The notes below the pieces were generated by a model. It ran no database searches, was not told where the DNA came from, and saw only the letters and a list, made by a program, of their open reading frames with translations. DNA of 64,000 nt from an uncultured Actinomycetota bacterium (GTDB taxonomy: Bacteria > Actinomycetota > Actinomycetes > Propionibacteriales > Propionibacteriaceae): assembly GCA_963740705.1 (NCBI GenBank), contig CAVUGB010000004.1:631118-695117 (forward strand), in the 5' to 3' direction. The translations under genes and the position numbers were made by a program. Each line of letters begins with the position of its first letter. Within the stretch, counting starts at the first letter, position 1. Shown in pieces: positions 52,627 to 64,000 of the stretch.

Positions 52627-54261
52627 ATGGCAGAACTCACGATTCGTCCAGAGGACATCCGCGACGCGCTCGACCGGTTCGTTTCGAACTACGCGCCCGA
52701 CACCGCGACCCGCGAGGAGGTCGGCACGGTTGTCACCTCCGGTGACGGCATCGCCCGGGTCGAAGGTCTGCCCTCGGCCATGGCCAACGAGCTGCTCGAG
52801 TTCGAGAACGGCACCCTGGGCATCGCCTTGAACCTCGACGTCCGCGAGATCGGCGTCGTCGTGATGGGCGAGTCCGAAGGCATCGAGGAGGGCCAGACCG
52901 TACGCGGCACCGGCGACATCTTGTCGGTCCCGGTCGGTGACGGCTACCTCGGCCGCGTCGTCGACGCACTCGGCAACCCGATCGACGGTCTGGGCGACAT
53001 CACCGACATCGATGAGCGCCGACCGCTGGAGCTGCAGGCCGCCGGCGTGATGGACCGCCAGGAGGTCCGCCAGCCGCTGCAGACCGGCATCAAGGCCATC
53101 GACGCCATGATCCCGATGGGCCGTGGCCAGCGTCAGCTGATCATCGGTGACCGCAAGACCGGCAAGACGGCCATCGCCATCGACACGATCATGAACCAGA
53201 AGGCCGCCTGGGAGTCCGGCGACGTGGAGCAGCAGGTCCGCTGCATCTATGTGGCGATCGGCCAGAAGGGCTCGACCGTCGCGGCCATCCGGGGTCAGCT
53301 CGAAGAGGCCGGCGCTCTTCCCTACACCACGATCGTGCACGCTCCGGCTTCCGACCCGGCCGGCTTCAAGTACGTCGCGCCCTACACCGGCTCGGCCATC
53401 GGCCAGCACTGGATGTACCAGGGCAAGCACGTCCTGATCGTGTTCGACGACCTGACCAAGCAGGCCGAGGCGTACCGGGCGATGTCCCTGTTGCTCCGCC
53501 GGCCGCCGGGTCGCGAGGCCTATCCCGGGGACGTGTTCTACCTCCACTCGCGGCTGCTCGAGCGCTGCGCCAAGCTCTCCAAGGAGCTCGGCGGCGGGTC
53601 GATGACCGGTCTGCCGATCATCGAGACCAAGGCCAACGACGTGTCGGCCTACATCCCGACCAACGTCATCTCGATCACCGACGGACAGATCTTCCTGCAG
53701 TCGGACCTGTTCAACGCCAACCAGCGGCCGGCCATCGACGTCGGTGTCTCGGTCTCCCGGGTGGGTGGCGCTGCGCAGATCAAGGCCATGAAGAACGTGT
53801 CGGGCTCGCTGAAGCTGGAGCTGGCCCAGTTCCGCGACATGCAGGCCTTCGCCATGTTCGCCTCGGACCTCGACGCCACCACCCGCCGTCAGCTGGACCG
53901 TGGTAGCCGGTTGGTCGAGCTGCTGCGTCAGCCGCAGTACTCGCCGTACCCGGTCGAGGAGCAGGTCGTCTCGGTCTGGGCCGGTCTGCAGGGGCTGATG
54001 GACGAGGTGCCGGTCGATGACGTCCTCCGGTTCGAGCGCGAGCTGCTGGACTACCTGCGTCACAACGGCAGCGCCCTGCAGAACATCCGGGAGACGAAGG
54101 TCTTCGACGACGACACCGCCGCCGGTCTGCGCGCGCAGATCGCGGAGTTCAAGAAGGGCTTCCAGACCAGCGAGGGCAAGCTGCTGGCCGGTCGCGAGGA
54201 GCACCAGGCCACCGATCCGGACGATGTGAACCAAGAGCAGATCGTCAAGCAGAAGCGATGA
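52627..54261 (+). CDS. atpA: F1 ATP synthase subunit alpha
   Basis: [30 protein letters not shown] and SVSRVG. Confidence 0.98.
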   Translation: MAELTIRPEDIRDALDRFVSNYAPDTATREEVGTVVTSGDGIARVEGLPSAMANELLEFENGTLGIALNLDVREIGVVVMGESEGIEEGQTVRGTGDILSVPVGDGYLGRVVDALGNPIDGLGDITDIDERRPLELQAAGVMDRQEVRQPLQTGIKAIDAMIPMGRGQRQLIIGDRKTGKTAIAIDTIMNQKAAWESGDVEQQVRCIYVAIGQKGSTVAAIRGQLEEAGALPYTTIVHAPASDPAGFKYVAPYTGSAIGQHWMYQGKHVLIVFDDLTKQAEAYRAMSLLLRRPPGREAYPGDVFYLHSRLLERCAKLSKELGGGSMTGLPIIETKANDVSAYIPTNVISITDGQIFLQSDLFNANQRPAIDVGVSVSRVGGAAQIKAMKNVSGSLKLELAQFRDMQAFAMFASDLDATTRRQLDRGSRLVELLRQPQYSPYPVEEQVVSVWAGLQGLMDEVPVDDVLRFERELLDYLRHNGSALQNIRETKVFDDDTAAGLRAQIAEFKKGFQTSEGKLLAGREEHQATDPDDVNQEQIVKQKR

Positions 54262-54291
54262 CGAACCGCCCGAACACGCTAGGAGGGTCCC

Positions 54292-55203
54292 GTGCCGGCT
54301 AGCCTCAAGGAACTTCGCCAGCGCCGTTCCTCGGTGTCGACCATCAAGAAGGTCACCCGAGCGATGGAGCTGATCGCGGCCTCGCGGATCATCAAGGCTC
54401 AGCAGCGCGCGCAGTCCTCGGCACCGTACGCTCGTGAGCTGACCCGCGCAGTCTCGGCGGTCGCGACGTTCTCCAACGTCGACCACCCGTTGACCACCGA
54501 GGCGGACAACCCGAGCCGGGCGGCCGTGCTGCTGATCACCTCCGACCGCGGCCTGGCCGGGGCCTACTCCTCCTCGGTCATCAAGGAGGGGGAGCAGCTG
54601 ACCAAGCTGCTCAACGACGGCGGCAAAGACGTCGTCCCCTACCTGACCGGGCGCAAGGCCAGTGCCTTCTACGCCTTTCGGCGGCGGCAGGTCGGGGCCA
54701 AGTGGGACGGGTTCTCCGACTCGCCGACCTACGCCCAGGCCCGGGAGATCGCGGACGCGCTGATCGAGTCCTTCCTCACCCCGACCGCCGAGGGTGGGGT
54801 CGACGAGATCCACGTCGTCTACACCCGCTTCGTGTCCATGCTGACCCAGAAGCCCGAGGTCATCCGACTGCTGCCGCTCGAGGTCGTCGAAGGCGATGAG
54901 CCCCCCGCCGACAGCGAGATCCTGCCCCTGTACGAGTTCGAGCCGGACGCCGAGACCGTGCTGGACGAGCTGCTGCCGTTGTACGTGGCCAGCCGCATCC
55001 ACTACTGCCTGCTGCAGAGCGCGGCTTCGGAGCTGGCCAGTCGGCAGAAGGCCATGAAGTCGGCCACCGACAACGCCCAGCAGCTGATCGAACGCCTGAC
55101 CCGGGAAGCCAACCAGGCCCGGCAGGCCGAGATCACCCAGGAGATCTCCGAGATCGTGGGCGGTGCGTCGGCCCTGGCCGAGGCCAACGCGTCCGCGGAC
55201 TGA
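54292..55203 (+). CDS. atpG: F1 ATP synthase subunit gamma
   Basis: [15 protein letters not shown] and [16 protein letters not shown]. Confidence 0.97.
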   Translation: MPASLKELRQRRSSVSTIKKVTRAMELIAASRIIKAQQRAQSSAPYARELTRAVSAVATFSNVDHPLTTEADNPSRAAVLLITSDRGLAGAYSSSVIKEGEQLTKLLNDGGKDVVPYLTGRKASAFYAFRRRQVGAKWDGFSDSPTYAQAREIADALIESFLTPTAEGGVDEIHVVYTRFVSMLTQKPEVIRLLPLEVVEGDEPPADSEILPLYEFEPDAETVLDELLPLYVASRIHYCLLQSAASELASRQKAMKSATDNAQQLIERLTREANQARQAEITQEISEIVGGASALAEANASAD

Positions 55204-56712
<1,509 letters not shown>

Positions 56713-56715
56713 CCC

Positions 56716-57117
56716 GTGGCTGAACCGATGCAGGTGGAGGTCGTCTCGGCCGACCGGGTCGTCTGGTCGGGCAAGTCGTCCAACGTCATCGCCAAGACCA
56801 CCGACGGTGACATCGGCATCCTGCCGGGGCACTCGCCGGTGCTGGCCGTGCTCGAACCGAGCGCCGTGGAGATTTTTTGCGACGACGGCACCCGCGAGAT
56901 CGTGGCGGTCGACGGCGGCTTCATCTCGGTGTCCCAGGGCCGGGTCTCGGTGCTCAGCGAGTACGCCCGGATGGCCAGCGAGGTGTCGATCGCCCAGGCG
57001 GAGAAGGAGCTGGCCGAGGCTCAGCGCGCGTTGGACACCGGCGACGGCACCGAGGAGGACCGCCAGCACTTCCTGCGCGCCACTGCCCAACTTCGTGCCG
57101 CGCAGAAAGCGCAGTAA
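56716..57117 (+). CDS. atpC: F1 ATP synthase subunit epsilon
   Basis: GDIGILPGHSP and VDGGF. Confidence 0.96.
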   Translation: MAEPMQVEVVSADRVVWSGKSSNVIAKTTDGDIGILPGHSPVLAVLEPSAVEIFCDDGTREIVAVDGGFISVSQGRVSVLSEYARMASEVSIAQAEKELAEAQRALDTGDGTEEDRQHFLRATAQLRAAQKAQ

Positions 57118-57167
57118 GGTCGCTCCCACCACATGGTGAGGGACGGCGCGAGGGAGCTGGTCGGAGC

Positions 57168-57620
57168 ATGCACGGTTGGCTGGGGATCATCGAGATCCTC
57201 GGGTTGCTCGTTCTGCTCGCTGCGCTCAGCCTCGTAGCCCTCGCCGTACGCCAGCGGTTGCTGGCCCGTCAGGGTGGCACGTTCGAATGCAGTCTGCGGT
57301 TGAAGAAGTCGACTCCGGGCGCCGGTTGGGCGCTCGGAGTCGCTCGTTACAACCAGGGTCTGCTCGAGTGGTACCGCTTCTTCTCCTACTCCTGGCGGCC
57401 GCGCCTGACCTTCCCCCGCGATGAGGTCCACGTGATCGAGACGCGCGATCCCGACATGGTCGAGTCGGTGGCCCTCGGGGCCGGGCAGCGGGTGATCCGG
57501 ATCCAGTCCGCCACGACCGAGCCCGTGTCGGACTGGGACCTGGCCATGAGCCCCGAGTCGATGACCGGGCTGCTGAGCTGGCTCGAAGCCGCCCCACCCG
57601 GAGTTCGTCGGGTCGAGTAG
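57168..57620 (+). CDS. DUF2550-family protein
   Basis: TM segment, GGTFECSLR, W.LGVARY, WYRFFS and SWLEAAPPG; usual position after atpC. Confidence 0.85.
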   Translation: MHGWLGIIEILGLLVLLAALSLVALAVRQRLLARQGGTFECSLRLKKSTPGAGWALGVARYNQGLLEWYRFFSYSWRPRLTFPRDEVHVIETRDPDMVESVALGAGQRVIRIQSATTEPVSDWDLAMSPESMTGLLSWLEAAPPGVRRVE

Positions 57621-57681
57621 CCCGCATCCGCGCCCTCCGCCCGGGCCCCCTGCGGTGCGGGTCGGTATCGTTTCGCCCACG

Positions 57682-59025
57682 ATGGACATAGGTCTGCAAT
57701 GGCTGCTGGTGGGCGTCGGTCTCGTGCTCACCGTCGGGACCGGCTTCTTCGTGGCCTCCGAGTTCGCGCTGGTCAACCTCGACCGCAACGAGCTGGAGAA
57801 CCGGGAGCGGCGGGGCGAGCTGGGCCTCACGTCGACGATCAAGGCGTTGCGGATCACCTCCACCCACCTTTCCGGGGCGCAGCTGGGGATCACGCTGACC
57901 ACCCTGCTCACCGGCTTCACCTTCGAGCCGGCGGTGAGCGCGCTGCTGACCGCACCGATGACCGGGCTGGGGATCCCGGACTCGGCGATCCCGATGGTCG
58001 GGAGCATCGTCGGGGTGGCGATCGCCACCGTGTTCTCGATGGTCATCGGTGAGCTGGTGCCCAAGAACCTGGCTCTGGCCCTGCCGGTGGCGACGGCCCG
58101 GATCGTCATCCCGTTCCAGACCGTGTTCACCACCGTGTTCAAGCCGCTCATCCTGTTGTTCAACAACACCGCCAACGCCGTGATCCGCGCGCTGGGCATC
58201 GAGCCCAAGGAGGAGCTGTCCGGTGCCCGCTCGGCCGAGGAGCTCAGCTCGTTGGTTCGGCGCTCGGCCATGGAGGGCATCCTCGACCAGGACCACGCGA
58301 CGCTGCTCAGCCGCACGTTGCGCTTCTCCGACCACACCGCGGCCGACGTGATGACCCCCCGGGTCCGGATGGCCCGGCTGGATGCCGCCGACAGCGCCGC
58401 CGAGGTCGTGCACCTGTCGCAACGTACGGGCTTCTCCCGGTTTCCGGTGCTCGGGGACGACGTCGACGACATCGTCGGCGTCGTGCACGTCAAGCACGCC
58501 TTCGGTCTGGAGCTCGACCGCCAGGCTCGGACCACCGCCGGGGAGCTGATGCTCGAGCCCCTGGTGGTGCCGGAGTCGATGGGCGTGGACACCCTGCTCG
58601 GGCTGCTGCGCCGCGGCAGTTTCCAGATCGCCATCGTCGCCGACGAGTACGGCGGCACCGCCGGCCTGGTCACCCTGGAGGACCTGGTCGAGGAGCTGGT
58701 CGGCGACCTGCAGGACGAGCACGACCGAGCGGCCGCCGGTCTCGTACGCCGCGGCCGCTCGATCACCTTCGACGCCGGTCTACGTCCTGACGAGCTGTTC
58801 GAACGGACCGGTATCAAGGTTCCTGACGACCGGGACTACGAGACACTGTCCGGCTTCGTCACCGACTGGCTGGACCGGATTCCCGAGGTCGGCGACGAGG
58901 TGCCGCTGGCCGAGGGGCGGCTCCGGGTCGAGCGGGTCGACGGCACCCGGGTGGACCGGCTGCGCTACACCCCGTCCGACCCCGACCCGACCCCGACCCC
59001 GACCCGACGCCGTACGGCCGGGTGA
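57682..59025 (+). CDS. Hemolysin/CNNM family protein (DUF21-CBS-CBS-CorC)
   Basis: GFFVASEFAL, AQLGIT, GELVPK, SRFPV and DEYGGTAGLVTLEDLVEELVG. Confidence 0.9.
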   Translation: MDIGLQWLLVGVGLVLTVGTGFFVASEFALVNLDRNELENRERRGELGLTSTIKALRITSTHLSGAQLGITLTTLLTGFTFEPAVSALLTAPMTGLGIPDSAIPMVGSIVGVAIATVFSMVIGELVPKNLALALPVATARIVIPFQTVFTTVFKPLILLFNNTANAVIRALGIEPKEELSGARSAEELSSLVRRSAMEGILDQDHATLLSRTLRFSDHTAADVMTPRVRMARLDAADSAAEVVHLSQRTGFSRFPVLGDDVDDIVGVVHVKHAFGLELDRQARTTAGELMLEPLVVPESMGVDTLLGLLRRGSFQIAIVADEYGGTAGLVTLEDLVEELVGDLQDEHDRAAAGLVRRGRSITFDAGLRPDELFERTGIKVPDDRDYETLSGFVTDWLDRIPEVGDEVPLAEGRLRVERVDGTRVDRLRYTPSDPDPTPTPTRRRTAG

Positions 59026-59099
59026 GGGTGGTCCGGACGAGCGCGATGACTCGGCCGGCGCGCCCGATGAGCAGGCCCCGGACGCCGGCGGTGGCCGGC

Positions 59100-60185
59100 A
59101 TGGGTGAGTACGTTCCCGGCCTGCTCTGGCTGATCGTGCTGTTGGCCGTGAACGCGTTCTTCGTCGGCGCCGAGTTCGCGGTCATCTCGGCCCGGCGCTC
59201 GCAGATCGAACCACGGGCCGAGGCGGGCAGCCAGGCGGCCCGGACCACGCTGTGGGCGATGGAGCACGCCACGCTGATGCTGGCGGCCAGCCAGCTGGGC
59301 ATCACCATCTGCTCGCTGCTCATCCTCAACGTGTCCGAGCCGGCCATCCACCATCTGCTGGAGATCCCGCTCGATCAGACCAGCCTGTCCGAGGACGCCA
59401 TCCGGGTGATCGCCTTTGTCGTGGCCCTGGTCCTGGTCACCTTCTTGCACGTGGTGTTCGGTGAGATGGTGCCCAAGAACCTGTCGTTCTCGGTACCTGA
59501 CCGGGCGGCCCTGGTCCTCGCCCCGGCACTGGTGTTCGTGGCCCGCATCTTCAAGCCGATCATCATCAGTCTCAACTGGCTGGCCAACTCCGTGCTCCGG
59601 GTGTTCCGGGTGGAGCCCAAGGACGAGGCCAACAGCGCCTTCACCTTGGACGAGGTGGCCGGCATCGTCGAGCAGTCCACCCGCGAGGGGGTTCTGGCCG
59701 ACCGCACCGGGACCTTGACGGCGGCGTTCGAGTTCACCGCCCGCAAGGTCAGCGACGTAGAGGTGCCTATCGCCGATGCGGTGCTGGTGCCCGACACCGT
59801 CACGCCCGAGCAGGTGCGGGTGGCGGTGTCGGAGCACGGCTACTCCCGCTACCTGGTGACCAACCCGCAGCAGGAGCCGTACGGGTATCTGCACCTGAAG
59901 GACGTGATGGACCTGGTCGGCACCGACGCGGCCGACCGGCCGGTGCCGCCGAAGCGAGTGAGACGGCTGACCTCGGTGCTGCGGACCGCCGATCTCGAGG
60001 ACGCTCTGGCGGCGATGCGGCGGTCGGGCTCCCACGTGGCCCGATCACTGGACAGCCGCGGCCAGGCCCAGGGCATCTTGTTCCTCGAGGACATCATCGA
60101 GGAGCTGGTCGGCGAGGTCGAGGACGTCACCAGCAGCCCGCACCATCCGGAGAGACCCTCGGACGGGGAGCGGTCGGCCGGCTAG
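59100..60185 (+). CDS. Second hemolysin/CNNM family protein (DUF21-CBS-CBS)
   Basis: [25 protein letters not shown] and [11 protein letters not shown]. Confidence 0.9.
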   Translation: MGEYVPGLLWLIVLLAVNAFFVGAEFAVISARRSQIEPRAEAGSQAARTTLWAMEHATLMLAASQLGITICSLLILNVSEPAIHHLLEIPLDQTSLSEDAIRVIAFVVALVLVTFLHVVFGEMVPKNLSFSVPDRAALVLAPALVFVARIFKPIIISLNWLANSVLRVFRVEPKDEANSAFTLDEVAGIVEQSTREGVLADRTGTLTAAFEFTARKVSDVEVPIADAVLVPDTVTPEQVRVAVSEHGYSRYLVTNPQQEPYGYLHLKDVMDLVGTDAADRPVPPKRVRRLTSVLRTADLEDALAAMRRSGSHVARSLDSRGQAQGILFLEDIIEELVGEVEDVTSSPHHPERPSDGERSAG

Positions 60186-61249
60186 TCCTTCGTCGCGAAG
60201 GCGGCGTCGAAGGCGGCGGTGGGCGGGGTGATGCCGTTCAGGCCGCGGACGAACTGCAGAGCTTCTGGAGCTCCGGCCAGGCGGTCCATGCCCGCGTCCT
60301 CCCATTCGATGGAGATGGCACCGGCGTAACCGATGGAGTTCAGCATCCGGAAGATGTTCTCCCACTGGGTGTCGCCCCGCCCGGTGGAGATGAAGTCCCA
60401 GCCGCGCCGCGGGTCGGCCCAGGGCAGGTGTGAGCCGAGCCGGCCGTTGCGCCCGTTGTTCATCCGGACCTTGGTGTCCTTGCAGTCGACGTGGTAGATC
60501 CGGTCCCGGAAGTCCCACAGGAACCCGACGTAGTCCAGGTCCTGCCAGACCATGTGCGAGGGGTCGAAGTTGAGCCCGAAGCCGGGTCGGTGGCCGATGG
60601 CGTCCAAGGTGGCCACGGTCGACCAGTAGTCGTAGGCGATCTCGCTCGGATGCACCTCGTGGGCGAACCGGACCCCGACCTCGTCGAAGACGTCGATGAT
60701 GGGATTCCAGCGGTCGGCGAAGTCGGCGTAGCCGGCCTGGATCACCTCGTCGGCGACCGGCGGGAACATGGCGACGTAGTGCCAGATCGCCGAGCCGGTG
60801 AAGCCGACCACCGTGTCCACGCCGAATGCTGCGGCGGCCCGAGCGGTGGTCTTCATCTCCTCGGCCGCACGCCGGCGTACGCCCTCGGGATCCCCGTCGC
60901 CCCAGACCCGCGGGTTGACCATGTTCTGGTAGCGCTCGTCGATGATCGCCTCGCAGACGGCCTGGCCGTTCAGGTGGTTCGAGATCGCCCAGCAGCCCAG
61001 CCCGTACTTGGCCAGGGTGTCCTTCTTGTCCTGCACGTACGCCTCGTCCTCCGCCGCCCTGGCCACGTCGAAGTGGTCGCCCCAGCAGGCGATCTCCAGT
61101 CCGTCGTAGCCCCACTCCGAGGCCAACCGGCACATCTCCTCGAACGGCAGGTCGGCCCACTGGCCGGTGAACAAGGTGACCGGCCGGGTCTGTTGAGGGG
61201 AGGCTTGTCCGGTGGCCTCAGCCAGCGTGGTGCCGTTCTCACTGGTCAT
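60182..61249 (-). CDS. Sugar phosphate isomerase/epimerase (AP-endonuclease-2 TIM barrel)
   Basis: [43 protein letters not shown] and SIEWED. Confidence 0.88.
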   Translation of the reverse strand: MTSENGTTLAEATGQASPQQTRPVTLFTGQWADLPFEEMCRLASEWGYDGLEIACWGDHFDVARAAEDEAYVQDKKDTLAKYGLGCWAISNHLNGQAVCEAIIDERYQNMVNPRVWGDGDPEGVRRRAAEEMKTTARAAAAFGVDTVVGFTGSAIWHYVAMFPPVADEVIQAGYADFADRWNPIIDVFDEVGVRFAHEVHPSEIAYDYWSTVATLDAIGHRPGFGLNFDPSHMVWQDLDYVGFLWDFRDRIYHVDCKDTKVRMNNGRNGRLGSHLPWADPRRGWDFISTGRGDTQWENIFRMLNSIGYAGAISIEWEDAGMDRLAGAPEALQFVRGLNGITPPTAAFDAAFATKD

Positions 61250-61908
61250 GTCTGGTCCTTTCGGTCGTCCTCGACCGCACGCTTCTCGGGGGTCGGGCGG
61301 CGGCGTTGACCGCCGGGGATCCACAGCACGTCGCCGTCGCGACCGTTGACCACCCGGGTCAGGATGAACAACAGGTCGGACAGCCGGTTCAGGTAGGTGA
61401 TGGCGGCCGGGTTGACGCCACCGGGGGTGTCCGGGCCGGAGGGCTCGGTGCCGTACGCCTCGGCTGCCACCCAGGTGGTGCGTTCGGCGCGGCGGATGAT
61501 CGTCCGGGCCACGTGCAGCTGCGCGGCCGCGACCGAGCCGCCCGGCAGGATGAACGAGGTCAGCGCGGGCAACGTGTCGCTGAACCGGTCGCACTCGCCC
61601 TCGAGCCGGTCGATGTAGTCCTGGGTGATCCGCAGCTCCGGTCCCTTCTCCTCGCCGGTCGCTTCGTGCAGCGGGTTGGACAGGTCCGCGCCCAGGTCGA
61701 ACAGCTCGTTCTGGATGCTTCGGAGCACCGCCGCCACCTCGCCGGGCAGCTGTTTGGTGGCCAGCGCCACGCCGATCGCCGAGTTGGCCTCGTCGACATC
61801 GCCGTACGCGGACACCCGTGGATCGGTCTTGCTGGTCTCGGACATGTCGGACAGCCGGGTCTGGCCCGCGTCGCCCGTACGTGTGTAGATGCGGGTCAGT
61901 CGAACCAT
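61246..61908 (-). CDS. pduO: PduO-type ATP:cob(I)alamin adenosyltransferase
   Basis: [30 protein letters not shown] and [10 protein letters not shown]. Confidence 0.92.
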   Translation of the reverse strand: MVRLTRIYTRTGDAGQTRLSDMSETSKTDPRVSAYGDVDEANSAIGVALATKQLPGEVAAVLRSIQNELFDLGADLSNPLHEATGEEKGPELRITQDYIDRLEGECDRFSDTLPALTSFILPGGSVAAAQLHVARTIIRRAERTTWVAAEAYGTEPSGPDTPGGVNPAAITYLNRLSDLLFILTRVVNGRDGDVLWIPGGQRRRPTPEKRAVEDDRKDQT

Positions 61909-61981
61909 GACGCCACCCTACGCAGGCAGTTGCGGCCCGTCGCTGCCGGGCTCAGCGGGTCGGCTGTGACAAGGTTGGACG

Positions 61982-62732
61982 GTGAAACCAGGGCAGTGGC
62001 GCGACCATCAGGCCAAGGCGGCACTCGGGACCGGCGGGGCGTTGCTCAGCAGCGTGCTGCTGCTGGCCGGGTGTGGCACGGTGCCGCCGACGGCCGGCTC
62101 GTCGGGCGAGCCGAGCCTGGCGGCACCGACCACGACCTCGAGCAGCGCCGCCACCATGCCGGTCGACGGCGACACCTGCGACTACACCGAGACCGGGCAG
62201 GCGGCCAAGCCAGTCAACCCGCCGCGCGCGACCGGGGTGCCAGTCAGCGGCACGATCGCATTCGTGCTGAAGATGACCGAGGGCAACCTGACCATCACCA
62301 TGAACCGCAGCAAGGCACCGTGCACGGTGAACTCGTTCGAGTCGCTGGCCGATCAGGGCTACTTCAACCAGACCCGTTGCCACCGGCTGACGGAGCAGGG
62401 GATCTTCGTGCTCCAGTGCGGTGACCCCACGGGCACGGGGACCGGTGGCCCGGGGTACCAGTTCGCCGACGAGGTGGACGGCACCGAGACCTACGGCAAG
62501 GGGGCGGTGGCGATGGCCAACGCCGGCCCCAACACCAACGGCTCCCAGTTCTTCCTGGTCTGGGCCGACTCGACCGTTGCCGCCGAACTACACGGTGTTC
62601 GGTCAGCTGGACGACGCCTCGCTCGAGGTGCTGGCCGGGAAGATCGCCAGCCAAGGGCGCTCGACCGGCGGCAGCTCGGGCGACGGCAAGCCCATCGCCA
62701 CGGCCGAGATCGTCACCGTGACCCGGAAGTAG
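61982..62732 (+). CDS. Cyclophilin-type peptidyl-prolyl isomerase, probable lipoprotein; frameshift near 62575, start uncertain
   Basis: Lipobox LLAGC, CHRL, LQCGDPTGTGTGGPGY and AMANAGPNTNGSQFF; YTVFG in the next frame. Confidence 0.87.
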
Positions 62733-63661
62733 CCGGTCGAGCAGCGACCAGCGCGGGTGACATCAGCAGAGCCAGCAGCACCGGGAACTCCAGGTAGGCG
62801 TGGTAGGTCGCCAGCGCCCCGTACAGGGCCCGACCCTGGAAGTAGTCACTGAGGAAGAGCACGGCCAAGAAAGCGCCGCCGACCCCTCCGACCAACCAGG
62901 CTCGGCGACCGCGCAACCACGGCACCCGGGCATCGAACGCCGCGGCGGCCTCGGGGGCGAACCTGGGCAGGAAACCGACCCAGACGACGTAGTGCATGGT
63001 CTGCATGAAGGCGAACACGACGAGGAACCGGAGCCCCATCTGTGCCGCCGCATCCGGGGGCGCCGAGGTGGCGATGACCCGCGCACCGTCGCCCACGAAG
63101 CGCTGGACCGCCCCCGGGGTGGCCGCGATCCAGCGGTCGAGCGAACCGGCCAGGACGGACAGCGGCACGACGAGGATCCAGAGCACCTGGGTGAGTCGGA
63201 AGGCCAGTCGGGCGCGCGCCGACTGCAGTCCGGCGCGCCCAGTCCCACAAGAAGACCAGCGGCACCAGGTTGTGCAGGTGGGTGAGCACCACGAAGTGGT
63301 AGGCCGGCCAGGAGAACGAGGCTCCGGCGCCCAAGGCGAGCACCGCGAGGCCGATGGCCAGCCACCGGCCCCGCAGCCCGATCCAGCACCCCGCGGCCAG
63401 GATCAGGTAGCCGACGGCGACCTCGGCCAGCCGGGCTCCGTACGGCCAGGCGGCCGCGGTCAGCCGGCAGCCGGCGATCCCGGTGGTCAGCAGCAGGAGC
63501 AGGCCCAGAAAGCGTCCGGTGAGGATCGCGGCGAAGCGACCGGCGACGTAGCGGATCTCGAGCACGTTGTGCAGCACGCCGAAGATGATCAATCCCAGCA
63601 CAGTGACGGTGAGCGGGGCTCGAACCGCGATCGCGAGAGCAACGAGGGCCATCGCGAGCAT
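62713..63661 (-). CDS. Polytopic membrane protein with several His motifs, function unknown; frameshift near 63200-63230
   Basis: Two hydrophobic ORFs join; motifs FGVLHNVLE, THLHN, QTMHY and YHAYLEFP. Confidence 0.7.
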
Positions 63662-63701
63662 GCCGACGACCAGGCGCCGGACTGGGGGCAGACTGGGTCG
63701 C

Positions 63702-64000
63702 GTGCTGGCCGCAGACTCCCCGTTGCTGTGGTGGTACGGGTTTCCGGTCGCGTTCGCGCTGACCTGCGTCATCGAGGTGCCCGCCTACCTCGCCGCGTTC
63801 ACGGCGTTGGGCTGGTCCCGGGGTGCGGATCCCACGCCCCGGGGGCTCGGGCGGCGACGAGCGGTTGCGCTCGCGATGGCGGTCAACCTGGTCACCCATC
63901 CCGTGCTCTGGGCTCTGGTCCTGCGCTGGCCGGGCCTGGTCGAGCTGGTCGCGGCCGAGGGCGGGGTGGTGATTGTCGAGGGCCTGGTGATCTTCGCCGT
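63702..64000 (+). CDS. Membrane protein, 3'-truncated by the window edge and absent from the ORF track
   Basis: Open frame from GTG at 63702: ..FALTCVIEVPAY..AVNLVTHPVLW..AAEGGVVIVEGLVIFA; CAGACT hexamer just upstream. Confidence 0.65.
   Translation, partial: MLAADSPLLWWYGFPVAFALTCVIEVPAYLAAFTALGWSRGADPTPRGLGRRRAVALAMAVNLVTHPVLWALVLRWPGLVELVAAEGGVVIVEGLVIFA

Noticed and set aside
58975-59010. Short CCGACC-type repeat
   Set aside because: It encodes a low-complexity PDPTPTPT tail and nothing suggests a separate element.

Overview
64-kb high-GC actinobacterial chromosome segment; gene content and order suggest a Propionibacteriales/Propionibacteriaceae-like organism (inference only). It is mostly core genome: a form II coxSLM-type molybdo-hydroxylase cluster with its accessory genes, aroA-rsgA-hisN, sigR/rsrA, bL37, pdtaS, whiB1, an amino-acid ABC transporter, galK, kgd, tRNA-Arg(CCG), lysA-hom-thrC-thrB-rho-rpmE-prfA-prmC-tsaC-wecA, the atp operon, two CBS/hemolysin genes, pduO and a cyclophilin. 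I found no CRISPR array, prophage, integrase or transposase. About 15 genes, several of them core genes, carry 1-nt frameshifts, most simply explained as long-read consensus errors. The best leads are: (1) a ~270-nt strand-specifically structured RNA with a degenerate tRNA-like domain upstream of a soluble band-7/SPFH gene, with no RNA-repair partner nearby; (2) an AmtR/GlnR-type regulated urea-carboxylase relic that has only the carboxyltransferase domain, with active-site motifs replaced, next to a stand-alone allophanate-hydrolase C-domain; (3) a His-motif membrane protein divergent from a second unannotated membrane gene; (4) a structured rho leader and an N/Q/R/D repeat in Rho; (5) REP-like tandem repeats in the 3' end of tsaC.
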